From Candidatus Omnitrophota bacterium (GTDB taxonomy: Bacteria > Omnitrophota > Gorgyraeia > Zapsychrales > Fredricksoniimonadaceae), in assembly GCA_903908245.1 (NCBI GenBank), contig CAIVRE010000006.1, positions 85,951 to 149,950 on the forward strand: 64,000 nucleotides of DNA, written 5' to 3'. The number at the start of each line of letters is the position of its first letter. Within the stretch, counting starts at the first letter, position 1. The position numbers and the translations under genes were made by a program. Shown here piece after piece: positions 46,826 through 56,612 of this stretch. A model generated the notes under the pieces. It had not been told where the DNA came from, ran no database searches, and was given only the letters and a program-made list of their open reading frames with translations.

Positions 46826-48504
46826 GCGGACCCGTCAGCGGCCTCATCCTCTCGGATTTCACGATCGACACCCTCAAGGCGTACCTGGTCAATTCCATAC
46901 AACAGCCTCAGTGTGCGATCACGACCGGCCCTTACGGCCAGGTCATTCCGCTCCTGAACAGCAATAATGATGCCGTCTGGGCCGGCCGCCCCGACTTCAC
47001 CATCGTCTGGACACAAATATCGAACTCCGTCCCTTCATTTCAAAAGCTCCTGGCCTTCGAACCCGTCGCCGAAGAACAGCTCGTCAAGGAATGCGACCTT
47101 TTCATCGATGCCGTCCAAAGCGCTGCCCGACGGACGCGTTTTCTATTCGTCGCCTCCTGGACACTGCCTGCCTTCCTGCGCGGTTACGGCCCTATCGACC
47201 ATAAGGCCGGAGGCTGGCAAAGCACGCTTCTGACACTGAACAAAAGAATGGCCGACCAGCTTTCCGGCAGCCCGAATATTTTTATCCTTAACACCGCGGC
47301 CTGGGCACAAACCGTCGGCGAAAACGCCTTTAATCCCAAGCTGTGGTATTTAAGCAAGATCCCTTTTGATCCGGCCGTGTTCAAGCTGGCCGCACAGGAC
47401 ATTAAAGCCGCCATGCTCGCCTGTCTGGGCAAAAGCCGCAAGCTGATCATCGTGGACCTGGACGACACCCTGTGGGGCGGGACCGTGGGCGAGACCGGAT
47501 GGCCGGAACTCAACATCGGCGGGCACAATGCGGCCGGCGAGTCCTACACGGATTTTCAGCGGGCGCTCAAAGCACTCAAGAATCGCGGCATTATCCTCGG
47601 GATCGTCAGCAAGAATGACGAAACCGTGGCATTGGACGCTATCGACAAACACCCGGAAATGATCCTGCGGCGCAGTGATTTCGCCGGCCGGCGCATTAAC
47701 TGGAAAGATAAGGCAGAGAATATCATATCCCTTCTTGCCGAACTCAACCTCGGGACTGACAGCGCCGTCTTTATTGACAACAACCCGGCGGAACGCGACC
47801 GTGTCCGCCAGGCACTGCCGGATGTCCTTGTGCCTGACTGGCCACAACACAGCCTTTTATATACCAAAGCCCTTTCATCCCTCTCCTGCTTCGATACGAT
47901 CTTTATCGGCGACGAGGACCGCGCCCGCGCTCAAATGTACAGCACCGAGAATCAGCGCCGGGAGATCCGCGCGCAAGCCCAGGATATCCATGAATGGCTC
48001 AAAAGCCTTGATATCAGGGTCACTGTCGAAAAACTTAACGCCGGCAACCTTCCCCGGGCAGCTCAATTGCTCAACAAAACCAGCCAGATGAACCTTGCGA
48101 CCCGCCGCCTCAGCGAACAGGAATTTTGGGCCTGGGCCCAAAAACCGGAGCATGCCGTCTGGACATTCCGCGTTAAAGATAATCTGGGCGACTCGGGATT
48201 GACCGGGATCATCAGCCTGGAACAGGAAGGCCACAAAACCAGGGTCATCGACCTGGTCTTAAGCTGCCGGGTATTCGGGCGACAGCTGGAAAATGTCATG
48301 GCCGCGGTCCTTATTGACCACGCGGCAAAACAGGGCGCCGCCGCCATTACCGCGCACTATATTCCGACGGAAAAGAACGCGCCATGCCTGGAGTTCCTGC
48401 GCGACCGCTCGGGATTTACCCCCCTGCCGGACAACACTTTTCAATGGGACACCCGAAAACCTTACCCCCATCCTTCCATGATCACGGTGCAGCATGAAGG
48501 ATAA
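46822..48504 (+). CDS. FkbH-like HAD-IIIC glyceryl transferase
   Basis: VDLDDTLWGG, SKN, INWKDK, FIDNNPAE and LSCRVFGR motifs. Confidence 0.92.
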   Translation: MSGPVSGLILSDFTIDTLKAYLVNSIQQPQCAITTGPYGQVIPLLNSNNDAVWAGRPDFTIVWTQISNSVPSFQKLLAFEPVAEEQLVKECDLFIDAVQSAARRTRFLFVASWTLPAFLRGYGPIDHKAGGWQSTLLTLNKRMADQLSGSPNIFILNTAAWAQTVGENAFNPKLWYLSKIPFDPAVFKLAAQDIKAAMLACLGKSRKLIIVDLDDTLWGGTVGETGWPELNIGGHNAAGESYTDFQRALKALKNRGIILGIVSKNDETVALDAIDKHPEMILRRSDFAGRRINWKDKAENIISLLAELNLGTDSAVFIDNNPAERDRVRQALPDVLVPDWPQHSLLYTKALSSLSCFDTIFIGDEDRARAQMYSTENQRREIRAQAQDIHEWLKSLDIRVTVEKLNAGNLPRAAQLLNKTSQMNLATRRLSEQEFWAWAQKPEHAVWTFRVKDNLGDSGLTGIISLEQEGHKTRVIDLVLSCRVFGRQLENVMAAVLIDHAAKQGAAAITAHYIPTEKNAPCLEFLRDRSGFTPLPDNTFQWDTRKPYPHPSMITVQHEG

Positions 48505-50158
48505 TCCCGGGCCTTTTGCCTTTCTGCCCGAAGGCTGGGCCTGGCACGCCGAACTCGATGTCACCGACGAAATTATCCGTGCCTTCAGCCGCCTTACCTC
48601 CGATGCCAATGCCCTGCATATGGACAGCACCGCGGCCAGCGCCTTTCCTTACCGTCAACGTGTCGCCCACGGGATGCTCCCGGTCAGCCTGCTTTTATTA
48701 TCCGGACCGCTGACGTTAAAAGGCGCTGTCATCCAAAAAATTGCGGGGCGCTTCAACCATCCGGTCTTTATGGGTGACAGGGTCGCCGTTGACCTCGCCC
48801 TGATGACCACCGACACCATCGGCGATACACAAACCTTCAGTTACACGATACACACCTCCTCGATCCGGGAGAACGCGACTTACGGCGAGATCACGATCAG
48901 GCCAGGCCACCATGCCACCGGCACCGAACAAACAGCGCCCTCCCTCATTACTGTCCCGCTGGAGGAGCACACCCTGGAATTTGCATCGATCACCAAAGGG
49001 ATGTCGCAGCAGATCCCGTTCGTCATTGCGCCGCAACTGTTGGCCGAATGGACCGGCCTCCTTAAAGAACATGCCTGTCCCGGCACGCTGCCCTGCGAAG
49101 GCAATGCGCCGTCACCCGAACTTGCCGCCGCCCTGCTCTCATCAACCCTGGTGGGAATGCGCCTGCCTGGAAAACTGGCCACATTCCTGGATTTCAGCTT
49201 CACCTTTCAGGCCCCTCTGGCCGTACTTTCCGCCTACACCCTCGAAGGCTCGGTGGACTTCATTTCCGCCTCAAACCAGATTATCGTTGAAAACATCAGT
49301 ATCTATGATAAGAATACTACTCATAAACTTATGCAAGGAAAGATCACGGTCAAAATGAACGAACAGTCCATCCCGGCCCCCACCATGAAAGACCTGACAA
49401 CAGACCTTGGCCTCAACGGAAAGACCGTGCTCATCACCGGCGCAAGCCGCGGGATCGGCGCCACCACGGCCAGGCTTTTTGCCTGCCATGGCGCGAAGGT
49501 CATCGTCAACTACCATCAAAGCCAGGCCGAAGCGGATGCTGTCGTCAAAGATATCGTCGCAAACGGCGGGAAAGCACTCGCGGTCAAAGCGGATGTGACC
49601 CAGCGCGAACAAGTCAAGGCGCTTTTTGAACAGGCCCGCAAAACCTTCGGGAATGTGGACATCCTGGTGAACAATGCCGTCGGAGATTTTCTCGCCATTC
49701 CTTTCCAGGCCCTCACATGGGAGAGGCTACAACAGGATATTGATATCATCGTCAAGGGCGCGTTCAACTGCTGTCAGGAGGCGATCCCCTCCATGATACA
49801 ACAGAAGCAGGGCCGCATCATCAATGTGGTGACCATCGCGACCGAAACGCCTCCGCCGAATCAAAGCAAATATGTGATCGCCAAAAGCGCGCTGGTAGGA
49901 CTCACGCGCAGCCTGGCGTCCGAACTCGCCGGCCACAATATCCTGGTGAATATGGTCCTGCCGGGGATGGTGGAAACCGACCTTACCAAGACGATCCCGC
50001 CGGCGGTCCGCGACAAGATCAAGAACTATATCCCGCTGGCCAGGCATGCATCGACCGTTGACGTCGCCAAAGCCATCGTGACACTGGCCAGTTCATTAAC
50101 GCCCTACACAACAGGGCAAAAAATACTCGTGACCGGCGGACTTCCGCCTTTTATTTAA
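48494..50158 (+). CDS. MaoC-type hotdog dehydratase + SDR (FabG-like) reductase fusion
   Basis: N-terminal DANALHMD..VAHGML; C-terminal TGASRGIG, NNA and YVIAK. Confidence 0.88.
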   Translation: MKDNPGPFAFLPEGWAWHAELDVTDEIIRAFSRLTSDANALHMDSTAASAFPYRQRVAHGMLPVSLLLLSGPLTLKGAVIQKIAGRFNHPVFMGDRVAVDLALMTTDTIGDTQTFSYTIHTSSIRENATYGEITIRPGHHATGTEQTAPSLITVPLEEHTLEFASITKGMSQQIPFVIAPQLLAEWTGLLKEHACPGTLPCEGNAPSPELAAALLSSTLVGMRLPGKLATFLDFSFTFQAPLAVLSAYTLEGSVDFISASNQIIVENISIYDKNTTHKLMQGKITVKMNEQSIPAPTMKDLTTDLGLNGKTVLITGASRGIGATTARLFACHGAKVIVNYHQSQAEADAVVKDIVANGGKALAVKADVTQREQVKALFEQARKTFGNVDILVNNAVGDFLAIPFQALTWERLQQDIDIIVKGAFNCCQEAIPSMIQQKQGRIINVVTIATETPPPNQSKYVIAKSALVGLTRSLASELAGHNILVNMVLPGMVETDLTKTIPPAVRDKIKNYIPLARHASTVDVAKAIVTLASSLTPYTTGQKILVTGGLPPFI

Positions 50159-50160
50159 TT

Positions 50161-51597
50161 ATGCTTTTTAATTCTTTCGAATTCGCCGTCTTCTTCCTGA
50201 TCGTTCTCGGCCTTTACCGCGTCCTGCCTCACCGCGGGCAGAACATCATGCTGCTCGTGGCCAGCTATGTGTTCTACGCGTCCTGGGACTGGCGTTTTGC
50301 TCCGCTGATCTTCTTATGCACGGCCGCCTCATACATTTGCGCCGGTCAAATATTCAAAAGCAGCAACAACACCCATCGCCTCTGGTGGCTGATCGCGAGC
50401 CTGACGGTCAATCTCGGGGTCCTCGGATTCTTTAAATACTGTAATTTCTTTCTGGAGAACCTAAGCGGGCTTCTGGGATTATTCGGGGTAAAAACAGCCA
50501 TCCCCGCGTTATCGATTATTTTACCGATGGGCATATCCTTCTTTACATTCCAGGCGTTAAGCTACACCATCGACATTTACCGCCGGACACTCAAGCCAAT
50601 GGGGACATTCTGGGATTTCGCCCTGTTCAAGGCCTTCTTCCCGCTGTTAATGGCAGGGCCCATTGAGCGTGCGTCGCACCTCCTGCCCCAGGTGGTAAGT
50701 CCACGGCGCCAGGACCTCAGCGGATTCAAACAAGGCGGATACCTCATCTTCCTGGGATTATTCCAGAAGATCTTCGTAGCCGACAATCTTGCCAGGATCG
50801 TCAACCCCGTATTCGCTGACCCGGCTTCTTTTCAGGCGGTGGACATCTTAGTCGCCATCTATGCATTCACGTTCCAGATCTTCTGTGATTTCGCCGGCTA
50901 CAGCAACATCGCCCGCGGGCTGGGTGCTGTCCTCGGGTTCAGGATCATGGTCAACTTTAACGTGCCATTCTTCGTCACCAATGTCCAGGAATTCTGGAAC
51001 CGCTGGCATATCAGCCTCAGCTCCTGGATACGCGATTATCTGTATATCCCTTTAATGGGGACCCTGCGCAAGATCCCCGGCAATGCCCGTGTTTATATTG
51101 CCTTAATGATCTCCATGTCCCTCATCGGCCTTTGGCACGGAGCCTCCTGGCATTTTGTGGTATTCGGAATGTATTACGGCGCGCTGTTGATCCTTTATAT
51201 CATCATCCGCGGACGCTTCAGCCGCCTGATCGACCCGAAGTCGGCGGCCGGCCAGGCCATATGGTTCTGGGCACGGGTCCTGTTCATGTTCAACATCACG
51301 GCCTTCGGGATGATGCTCTTCCGCGCCAGATCAATGGCGCACGCGGGGACCATCCTCTCTTCCTTGTTCGCTTTCACCGACCCGTCGCTGGTCCGCTGGG
51401 ACTTCCTGTCAAGCGCACTGGGCTTCGCGGCGCCGGTCATTCTTCTTCAATACGGAGAATTCCGGTTCAAGAACATTTTCTTCATCATTGAAAAAACGCA
51501 CTGGGCCGTTCGCCTGGCCATCCTGGCATTAATGGCCTACATGATGTTCGGCTGGGGCGTCATGACCGCGGAAGAATTTATTTATTTTCAATTCTAA
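50161..51597 (+). CDS. MBOAT O-acyltransferase (AlgI/DltB family)
   Basis: MLFNS, LPMGISFFTFQ, AGPIER, DFAGYS, FWNRWHISLS and GLWHGA motifs. Confidence 0.95.
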   Translation: MLFNSFEFAVFFLIVLGLYRVLPHRGQNIMLLVASYVFYASWDWRFAPLIFLCTAASYICAGQIFKSSNNTHRLWWLIASLTVNLGVLGFFKYCNFFLENLSGLLGLFGVKTAIPALSIILPMGISFFTFQALSYTIDIYRRTLKPMGTFWDFALFKAFFPLLMAGPIERASHLLPQVVSPRRQDLSGFKQGGYLIFLGLFQKIFVADNLARIVNPVFADPASFQAVDILVAIYAFTFQIFCDFAGYSNIARGLGAVLGFRIMVNFNVPFFVTNVQEFWNRWHISLSSWIRDYLYIPLMGTLRKIPGNARVYIALMISMSLIGLWHGASWHFVVFGMYYGALLILYIIIRGRFSRLIDPKSAAGQAIWFWARVLFMFNITAFGMMLFRARSMAHAGTILSSLFAFTDPSLVRWDFLSSALGFAAPVILLQYGEFRFKNIFFIIEKTHWAVRLAILALMAYMMFGWGVMTAEEFIYFQF

Positions 51598-51615
51598 CGA
51601 GCAAAGGCCGGAACA

Positions 51616-52926
51616 ATGAAAAGTGCACTGACCATCCTCAAATACACGCTCTGTTTCCTTCTTTTCCTGGAAATGTTCCTCTGGATCGGCAGCTTCATCA
51701 CCCAGGGCACCCAGAAAATGGCCAACTCACGGCAAGCGGCCTCGAACAGCACCTACAAGATCATTTGCGTCGGCGAATCCAACACCCTCGTTGGCGGCCC
51801 GGACTCCTATCCCAGCCAGTTACAGGCCATCCTCAATGAACGCCTCCCGGGGCGGAATATCCAGGTCATCAACCAGGGAATGGCAGGCTACAGCACGGCC
51901 AGGATCGCCCAGGAACTGCCACAGTGGATCAATACCATGAAACCCGACATGGTCATCGCGATGATAGGGATATTTGACGGAGAGCAAGCCCGGAGAGACA
52001 CCGTCAAAAGCTCATCCCCCTTTGGGTTGCTCCAGAACGCCAAGCTTTACCAGCTCATGATCCAACTGCAAAAAAAGATATCCGCCTCCCTGCAGGCGTA
52101 TGTTCAACGGCAGCAGCAGCAATTCCACGCCAAAGCCAAAGAACAAAACGCCAGCATGACAGAACATGAGATGTTCCAGGACGCAATGAAAAATGCCTCC
52201 GACGACCTGAGAAAAATATATATGTTGATCGCCCTCACGGAAGGCAACGAAAAATATGAAATGGCCGACCAGCTCTATGCAAAATTCTTCGAGATCAACA
52301 AGGATCCCGTCATCCGGGGCTGGGTCATCAAACAATACGGGCGCTTCCTGATGAAGGCCAAGCTCTATGAGAAATTCGTTGATGTCATGGAAAACATCCC
52401 GGCCAACGCCTGGTCCATGGAATGGGTCCGGGGCTATTGCACCAGCGAAGAACATGTCAACAAAGTCAGGATGGTGATCGAACGGAAAGTCAAAAAAACG
52501 AACGATACGGAAAGCTACGGCTATGTTGCCGCCTGCCTGGAAATGAACGGACAAAAAGACCTGGCCAATGCGTTCATTAAGGAGAAAATGGGGACCTTCA
52601 ACGACACCTACGCGGCCCCCGGAACACGTAAAAGCTACCTGGAGGTCAAGGACCTGCTGATCTCAAAACAAATACAGCCCGTGTTCGTCCAATACCCGCT
52701 GCGCGATATCCAGCCGCTGATGTCCATATTCGGATCCCAGCCCGACAAAGACCGGATCATTTTTGTGGATAACGGCCCGGTATTCAAGAAAGCCGTGGCC
52801 GCCAGTTCCTATTCCACCTATTTCAAAGACCGGGCCTCGGGAGATACCGGCCACGCGATGCCGGCGGGAAACCATCTGCTGGCCCAGAATATCGCCGACA
52901 CGATCGTTCCATATTTGAGCAAATAA
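51616..52926 (+). CDS. Membrane-anchored SGNH-family protein with a helical insertion (AlgJ/DltD-like role)
   Basis: N-terminal TM segment, CVGESNT, NQGMAG and DTGH (DxxH). Confidence 0.8.
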   Translation: MKSALTILKYTLCFLLFLEMFLWIGSFITQGTQKMANSRQAASNSTYKIICVGESNTLVGGPDSYPSQLQAILNERLPGRNIQVINQGMAGYSTARIAQELPQWINTMKPDMVIAMIGIFDGEQARRDTVKSSSPFGLLQNAKLYQLMIQLQKKISASLQAYVQRQQQQFHAKAKEQNASMTEHEMFQDAMKNASDDLRKIYMLIALTEGNEKYEMADQLYAKFFEINKDPVIRGWVIKQYGRFLMKAKLYEKFVDVMENIPANAWSMEWVRGYCTSEEHVNKVRMVIERKVKKTNDTESYGYVAACLEMNGQKDLANAFIKEKMGTFNDTYAAPGTRKSYLEVKDLLISKQIQPVFVQYPLRDIQPLMSIFGSQPDKDRIIFVDNGPVFKKAVAASSYSTYFKDRASGDTGHAMPAGNHLLAQNIADTIVPYLSK

Positions 52927-52930
52927 AAAA

Positions 52931-53004
52931 CGTCATCCCGCGGCCGGATGGCCGAGGGATCTCAAGGGTTGATCTTGAGACCCCTCACTTCGTTCGGGAT
53001 GACG
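52931..53004. repeat. REP-like palindrome family B (GTCATCCCG...CGGGATGAC)
   Basis: cgtcatcccg..gagggatctcaag / cttgagacccctc..cgggatgacg, between convergent genes. Confidence 0.75.
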
Positions 53005-53026
53005 CATGAGCCGTTTAACGTCCTGC

Positions 53027-53101
53027 TCAGGACATCCTACTGCAACCGGACTTACAATGCGCTACCCGGCGCAATAACCAGCGAGTGTAGATCCTTTCCA
53101 T
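53027..53101 (-). CDS. 24-aa Cys-containing small ORF, possible leader peptide
   Basis: MERIYTRWLLRRVAHCKSGCSRMS*, with AAGGGGG RBS and a GTCCT-GAGC-AGGAC hairpin over the stop. Confidence 0.5.
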   Translation of the reverse strand: MERIYTRWLLRRVAHCKSGCSRMS

Positions 53102-53180
53102 GATCAACCCCCTTTTTGATGTTGAGAACAAATACTCTTCAACACATTAGTCCGCAGCCGATCAAAAACCTTTCAAAGAA

Positions 53181-54140
53181 TTAACCGCCTATCCCTTCGA
53201 ACAAAACGGTCGAAAGATACCGCTCACCGGAATCAGGCAGTATCGCAACGATCGTTTTTCCTGCGAACTCATCCCTCGCCGCAAGGCGAAGTGCCGCCGC
53301 CACTGCCGCGCCGCAGGAAATACCGGCCAGGATCCCTTCTTCCCGCGCCAGCCTGCGGGCAAAGTCAACCGCTTCCGCGCTATCAACCAACTCCACACGG
53401 TCCACCAGCGAAAGGTCCAGCGTATCCGGAATAAACCCGGCACCGATCCCCTGGATCTTGTGCGGACCGGGCTTAAGCTCCTGTCCGGCGAGCTTTTGCG
53501 TAATAACAGGGCTTTCCTTCGGCTCAACCGCTACCGAAATGATCTTCCTGCCCCTGGTCATCTTGATATAACGCGAAATACCGCTGATCGTCCCGCCGGT
53601 GCCAACGCCTGCCACCAGGACATCAATGGCCCCGTTGGTATCGTCCCATATTTCCGGGCCCGTTGTTTTCTCATGGATCGCCGGATTGGCCGGATTCTTG
53701 AACTGCTGGGGCATAAAATATTTGACCGGATCCGAAGCCGCGAGCTCCTCCGCCCGGCGGATCGCGCCCTTCATCCCTTCGGCGCCTGGAGTCAACACCA
53801 CATTCGCACCGAACGAAGCCAGGACCCGTCGGCGCTCAATGCTCATGGTCTCAGGCATGGTCAGCGTTAACTTGTACCCGCGGGCCGCGGCCACATAAGC
53901 CAGCGCGATCCCGGTATTCCCCGACGTCGGCTCAACGATCTCAATCCCGGGCTTCAATACACCGCGTTTTTCCGCATCCCAGATCATGGCCGCCCCGATA
54001 CGGCACTTCACCGAATACGCCGGATTACGGCCCTCGATCTTGACCAGGACCTTGGCCTTAAGCCCTTTGGTCAGATGATTCAACTGGACCAGCGGCGTAC
54101 GTCCGATGGATTCTGCGTTGTCTTTATAAACTTTTGACAT
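53181..54140 (-). CDS. cysK: Cysteine synthase A
   Basis: [33 protein letters not shown] and PDSGERYLS motifs. Confidence 0.96.
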   Translation of the reverse strand: MSKVYKDNAESIGRTPLVQLNHLTKGLKAKVLVKIEGRNPAYSVKCRIGAAMIWDAEKRGVLKPGIEIVEPTSGNTGIALAYVAAARGYKLTLTMPETMSIERRRVLASFGANVVLTPGAEGMKGAIRRAEELAASDPVKYFMPQQFKNPANPAIHEKTTGPEIWDDTNGAIDVLVAGVGTGGTISGISRYIKMTRGRKIISVAVEPKESPVITQKLAGQELKPGPHKIQGIGAGFIPDTLDLSLVDRVELVDSAEAVDFARRLAREEGILAGISCGAAVAAALRLAARDEFAGKTIVAILPDSGERYLSTVLFEGIGG

Positions 54141-54152
54141 AAATACCGCCTT

Positions 54153-55313
54153 TTAAACTTTTTCCACAAGGATCGCCTGCTTCAGATCGTTCAAAATATC
54201 CAAAGGATCTTCCAGCCCGACGGACAATCTTAATAAACCGTCCGTTATTCCCCGTAAACTGCGCTCTTCCCGGGGCATTGACGCATGCGACATTTTAGCT
54301 GGATACGAGAGGATGCTTTCCACCCCGCCCAGACTCACCGCCGGCAAACATAATTTAACCCGACGCAACACCTGATGGGCCACCGCCCCATCTTTCAGTT
54401 CGAATGACAGGACCGCGCCAGCCCCGGAACTCTGCCGCTCATTAATGGCACGCCCGGGATGCGCCGCAAGCCCCGGATAAAAAACCTTATTGATCTCCGG
54501 CCACCTGGCCATCTCTTCCGCCACGATCTGCGCGGAGCGCTGCTGCGCATCCATTCGTACAGCAAGCGTCCGTATCCCGCGCAGGATCAGCCAGGAATCC
54601 TGGGGGCCAAGGACAGAGCCTGTAATATTCTGTATCGATTTGACCCGATGCGCAAGATCATCCGTCCGCACGACCGCGAGGCCCGCCACACAATCACTAT
54701 GCCCTCCCAGAAACTTTGTGGCGCTATGAAGAACAATGTCAAACCCACGCTCGATCGGCCGCTGAAGCCAGGGAGTCGCGAAAGTATTGTCAATGATCGT
54801 CAAAAGCGAATGCTTGCGGGCAATGGCCGCGATCGCATCCAGATCCGTGATCTTCAAAAGCGGATTCGACGGCGTCTCCACAAAAATCCCTCGCGTCTCC
54901 GGCCGGACGGCCGCTTCTACCAGCCCGGGCCGGGTCATATCCACGAATGTTGCGTCCAGCCCCCATTGCCTGAACAGGGTCGTTAAAATACGATACGTCC
55001 CCCCGTAAATATCCTCGGCGGCGATCACATGATCGCCCGGCTTAAACAATAAAAGTGCCGACGTAATTGCGGCCATCCCCGAAGCGAACGCGAAACCGTG
55101 CACCCCGCCCTCAAGCTCGGCGATCGCCGACTCCAGGGCTTCGCGCGTTGGGTTCCCGCTGCGCCCATAATCATAAGCGCCCGGATGATCAGGATCAGGC
55201 TGGGCAAAAGTTGAGCCCTGATAGATCGGCACACTCGATGCCCCTGTATACGGATCACGGTCCTGTCCGCAATGAACAGCCCTGGTCCTCGGATCAATAT
55301 TGTTATGTGCCAT
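54153..55313 (-). CDS. Cystathionine beta/gamma-lyase (Cys/Met metabolism PLP enzyme)
   Basis: YGRSGNPT, FASGMAA, ETPSNP, DNTF, SATKFLGGH and RLSVGLE motifs. Confidence 0.92.
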   Translation of the reverse strand: MAHNNIDPRTRAVHCGQDRDPYTGASSVPIYQGSTFAQPDPDHPGAYDYGRSGNPTREALESAIAELEGGVHGFAFASGMAAITSALLLFKPGDHVIAAEDIYGGTYRILTTLFRQWGLDATFVDMTRPGLVEAAVRPETRGIFVETPSNPLLKITDLDAIAAIARKHSLLTIIDNTFATPWLQRPIERGFDIVLHSATKFLGGHSDCVAGLAVVRTDDLAHRVKSIQNITGSVLGPQDSWLILRGIRTLAVRMDAQQRSAQIVAEEMARWPEINKVFYPGLAAHPGRAINERQSSGAGAVLSFELKDGAVAHQVLRRVKLCLPAVSLGGVESILSYPAKMSHASMPREERSLRGITDGLLRLSVGLEDPLDILNDLKQAILVEKV

Positions 55314-55326
55314 TTTTCTCCCTGAT

Positions 55327-55722
55327 CTAAATACTGTAACTTAACCCGTCTTCTTTGGCCTTCTCTTGCTCGGCAATATCTTTCAAGGTAAACGAATCAA
55401 GGACCTGCGCGATCCCGTTCGTTGCCTCACCCCAAAAACCTCCGGTCTCACCCGCCAAAGATAATTCACCCTCCACCGCTTCTATAATATCCTTAAGCGT
55501 TATCACTGAAGAAAAGCCAACCAGAACAAACCCGCCCTTTGAACCACGGGTCGCGTTAATAAGGCCGGCGCTCTTTAGCAAAGGCACAAGATGCCCCAAA
55601 TACTTCTCCGAAATGTTCTGTCTTCTCGCGATATCTCTAAGCAAGACAGGTCCTTTGGCTCCATGCATAGCCAGATCGATCATTAAACGAACGCTGTATC
55701 TTACCTTTGTCGAAAGTTTCAT
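55327..55722 (-). CDS. Rrf2-family regulator without Cys ligands (CymR-like)
   Basis: MKLSTKVRYS, ISEKYL and RGSKGGF motifs; no Cys; heads the cysteine operon. Confidence 0.88.
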   Translation of the reverse strand: MKLSTKVRYSVRLMIDLAMHGAKGPVLLRDIARRQNISEKYLGHLVPLLKSAGLINATRGSKGGFVLVGFSSVITLKDIIEAVEGELSLAGETGGFWGEATNGIAQVLDSFTLKDIAEQEKAKEDGLSYSI

Positions 55723-55740
55723 TTTTAGTTAACTACATTA

Positions 55741-55786
55741 ACTACTAACTTAGTAGTAAATATAGCACTGAAAAAAAAACTGTCAA
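55741..55786 (-). promoter_or_regulatory. Sigma70 promoter plus 8-1-8 palindromic operator for the cysteine operon
   Basis: TTGACA (55781-86), N16, TATATT; palindrome ACTACTAA-C-TTAGTAGT at 55741-57. Confidence 0.7.
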
Positions 55787-55809
55787 TATTTTATTTTGCA
55801 CCACACGCC

Positions 55810-55837
55810 TTGACAAGACATCCACAATGCTTATAAT
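55810..55837 (+). promoter_or_regulatory. Consensus sigma70 promoter for the GT2 gene
   Basis: TTGACA-N16-TATAAT. Confidence 0.8.
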
Positions 55838-55898
55838 TTCAGGATAACTATAACGATCAAACACTTGCGGCCCAAAGCCGATCCAAAAGGAACAACAC

Positions 55899-56603
55899 AT
55901 GAAGGTCACCCTCGTTATCCCGGTATTGAATGAGATCACAGGCATGAAAGCGATCATGCCCCAGATCAAGAAAGAATGGGTCGACCAGATCCTCTTCATC
56001 GATGGGCAGTCAACCGACGGCACCATTGAATACCTCAAGGAGAACGGCTACGAATATGTGGTGCAGAAAAAAAGGGGTATGCGCAACGCCTATATGGAAG
56101 CCCTGCCCTACATCAAGGGCGATGTGATCCTGACATTCAGTCCCGACGGGAACTCGGTTTCCGAATTGATCCCGGCCTGCATCGCGAAAATGAAAGAAGG
56201 CTACGACATGGTCATCGTCTCGCGCTACGCGCCCGGGGCAAAAAGCCTGGACGACGACATCATTACCGGGTTCGGTAACTGGCTGTTCCGCACGCTCATC
56301 AGCGTATGTTTCGGCCACCGTTACCACGACCCGATGGTCATTTACCGTGCGTACCGCAAGGACCTCATCCAGGAGCTGGATCTCGATAAAGACAGCAGCT
56401 TTGAAAAGGAAGAAAAACTTTTCAGCACGAATGTGAGCTGGGAACCCCTGCTCTCGATCCGCGCGGCCAAACGCAAACTCAGGATCGGAGAGATCCCGGG
56501 TGACGAGCCGGCACGCATCGGCGGAGAACGCAAACTTCAGATCTGGCGCTGGGGCGCCGTCTTCATGTACCAGGTCATCCGCGAAATGTTCGTGTGGAAG
56601 TAA
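55899..56603 (+). CDS. GT2-family glycosyltransferase (DPM synthase-like)
   Basis: VIPVLNE, IDGQSTDGT and YDMVIVSRY motifs. Confidence 0.9.
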   Translation: MKVTLVIPVLNEITGMKAIMPQIKKEWVDQILFIDGQSTDGTIEYLKENGYEYVVQKKRGMRNAYMEALPYIKGDVILTFSPDGNSVSELIPACIAKMKEGYDMVIVSRYAPGAKSLDDDIITGFGNWLFRTLISVCFGHRYHDPMVIYRAYRKDLIQELDLDKDSSFEKEEKLFSTNVSWEPLLSIRAAKRKLRIGEIPGDEPARIGGERKLQIWRWGAVFMYQVIREMFVWK

Positions 56604-56612
56604 AGAAGCGCG

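Noticed and set aside
53005-53180. SAM or T-box riboswitch near cysK
   Set aside because: No recognisable conserved riboswitch motifs were seen, and the region is downstream of the operon.
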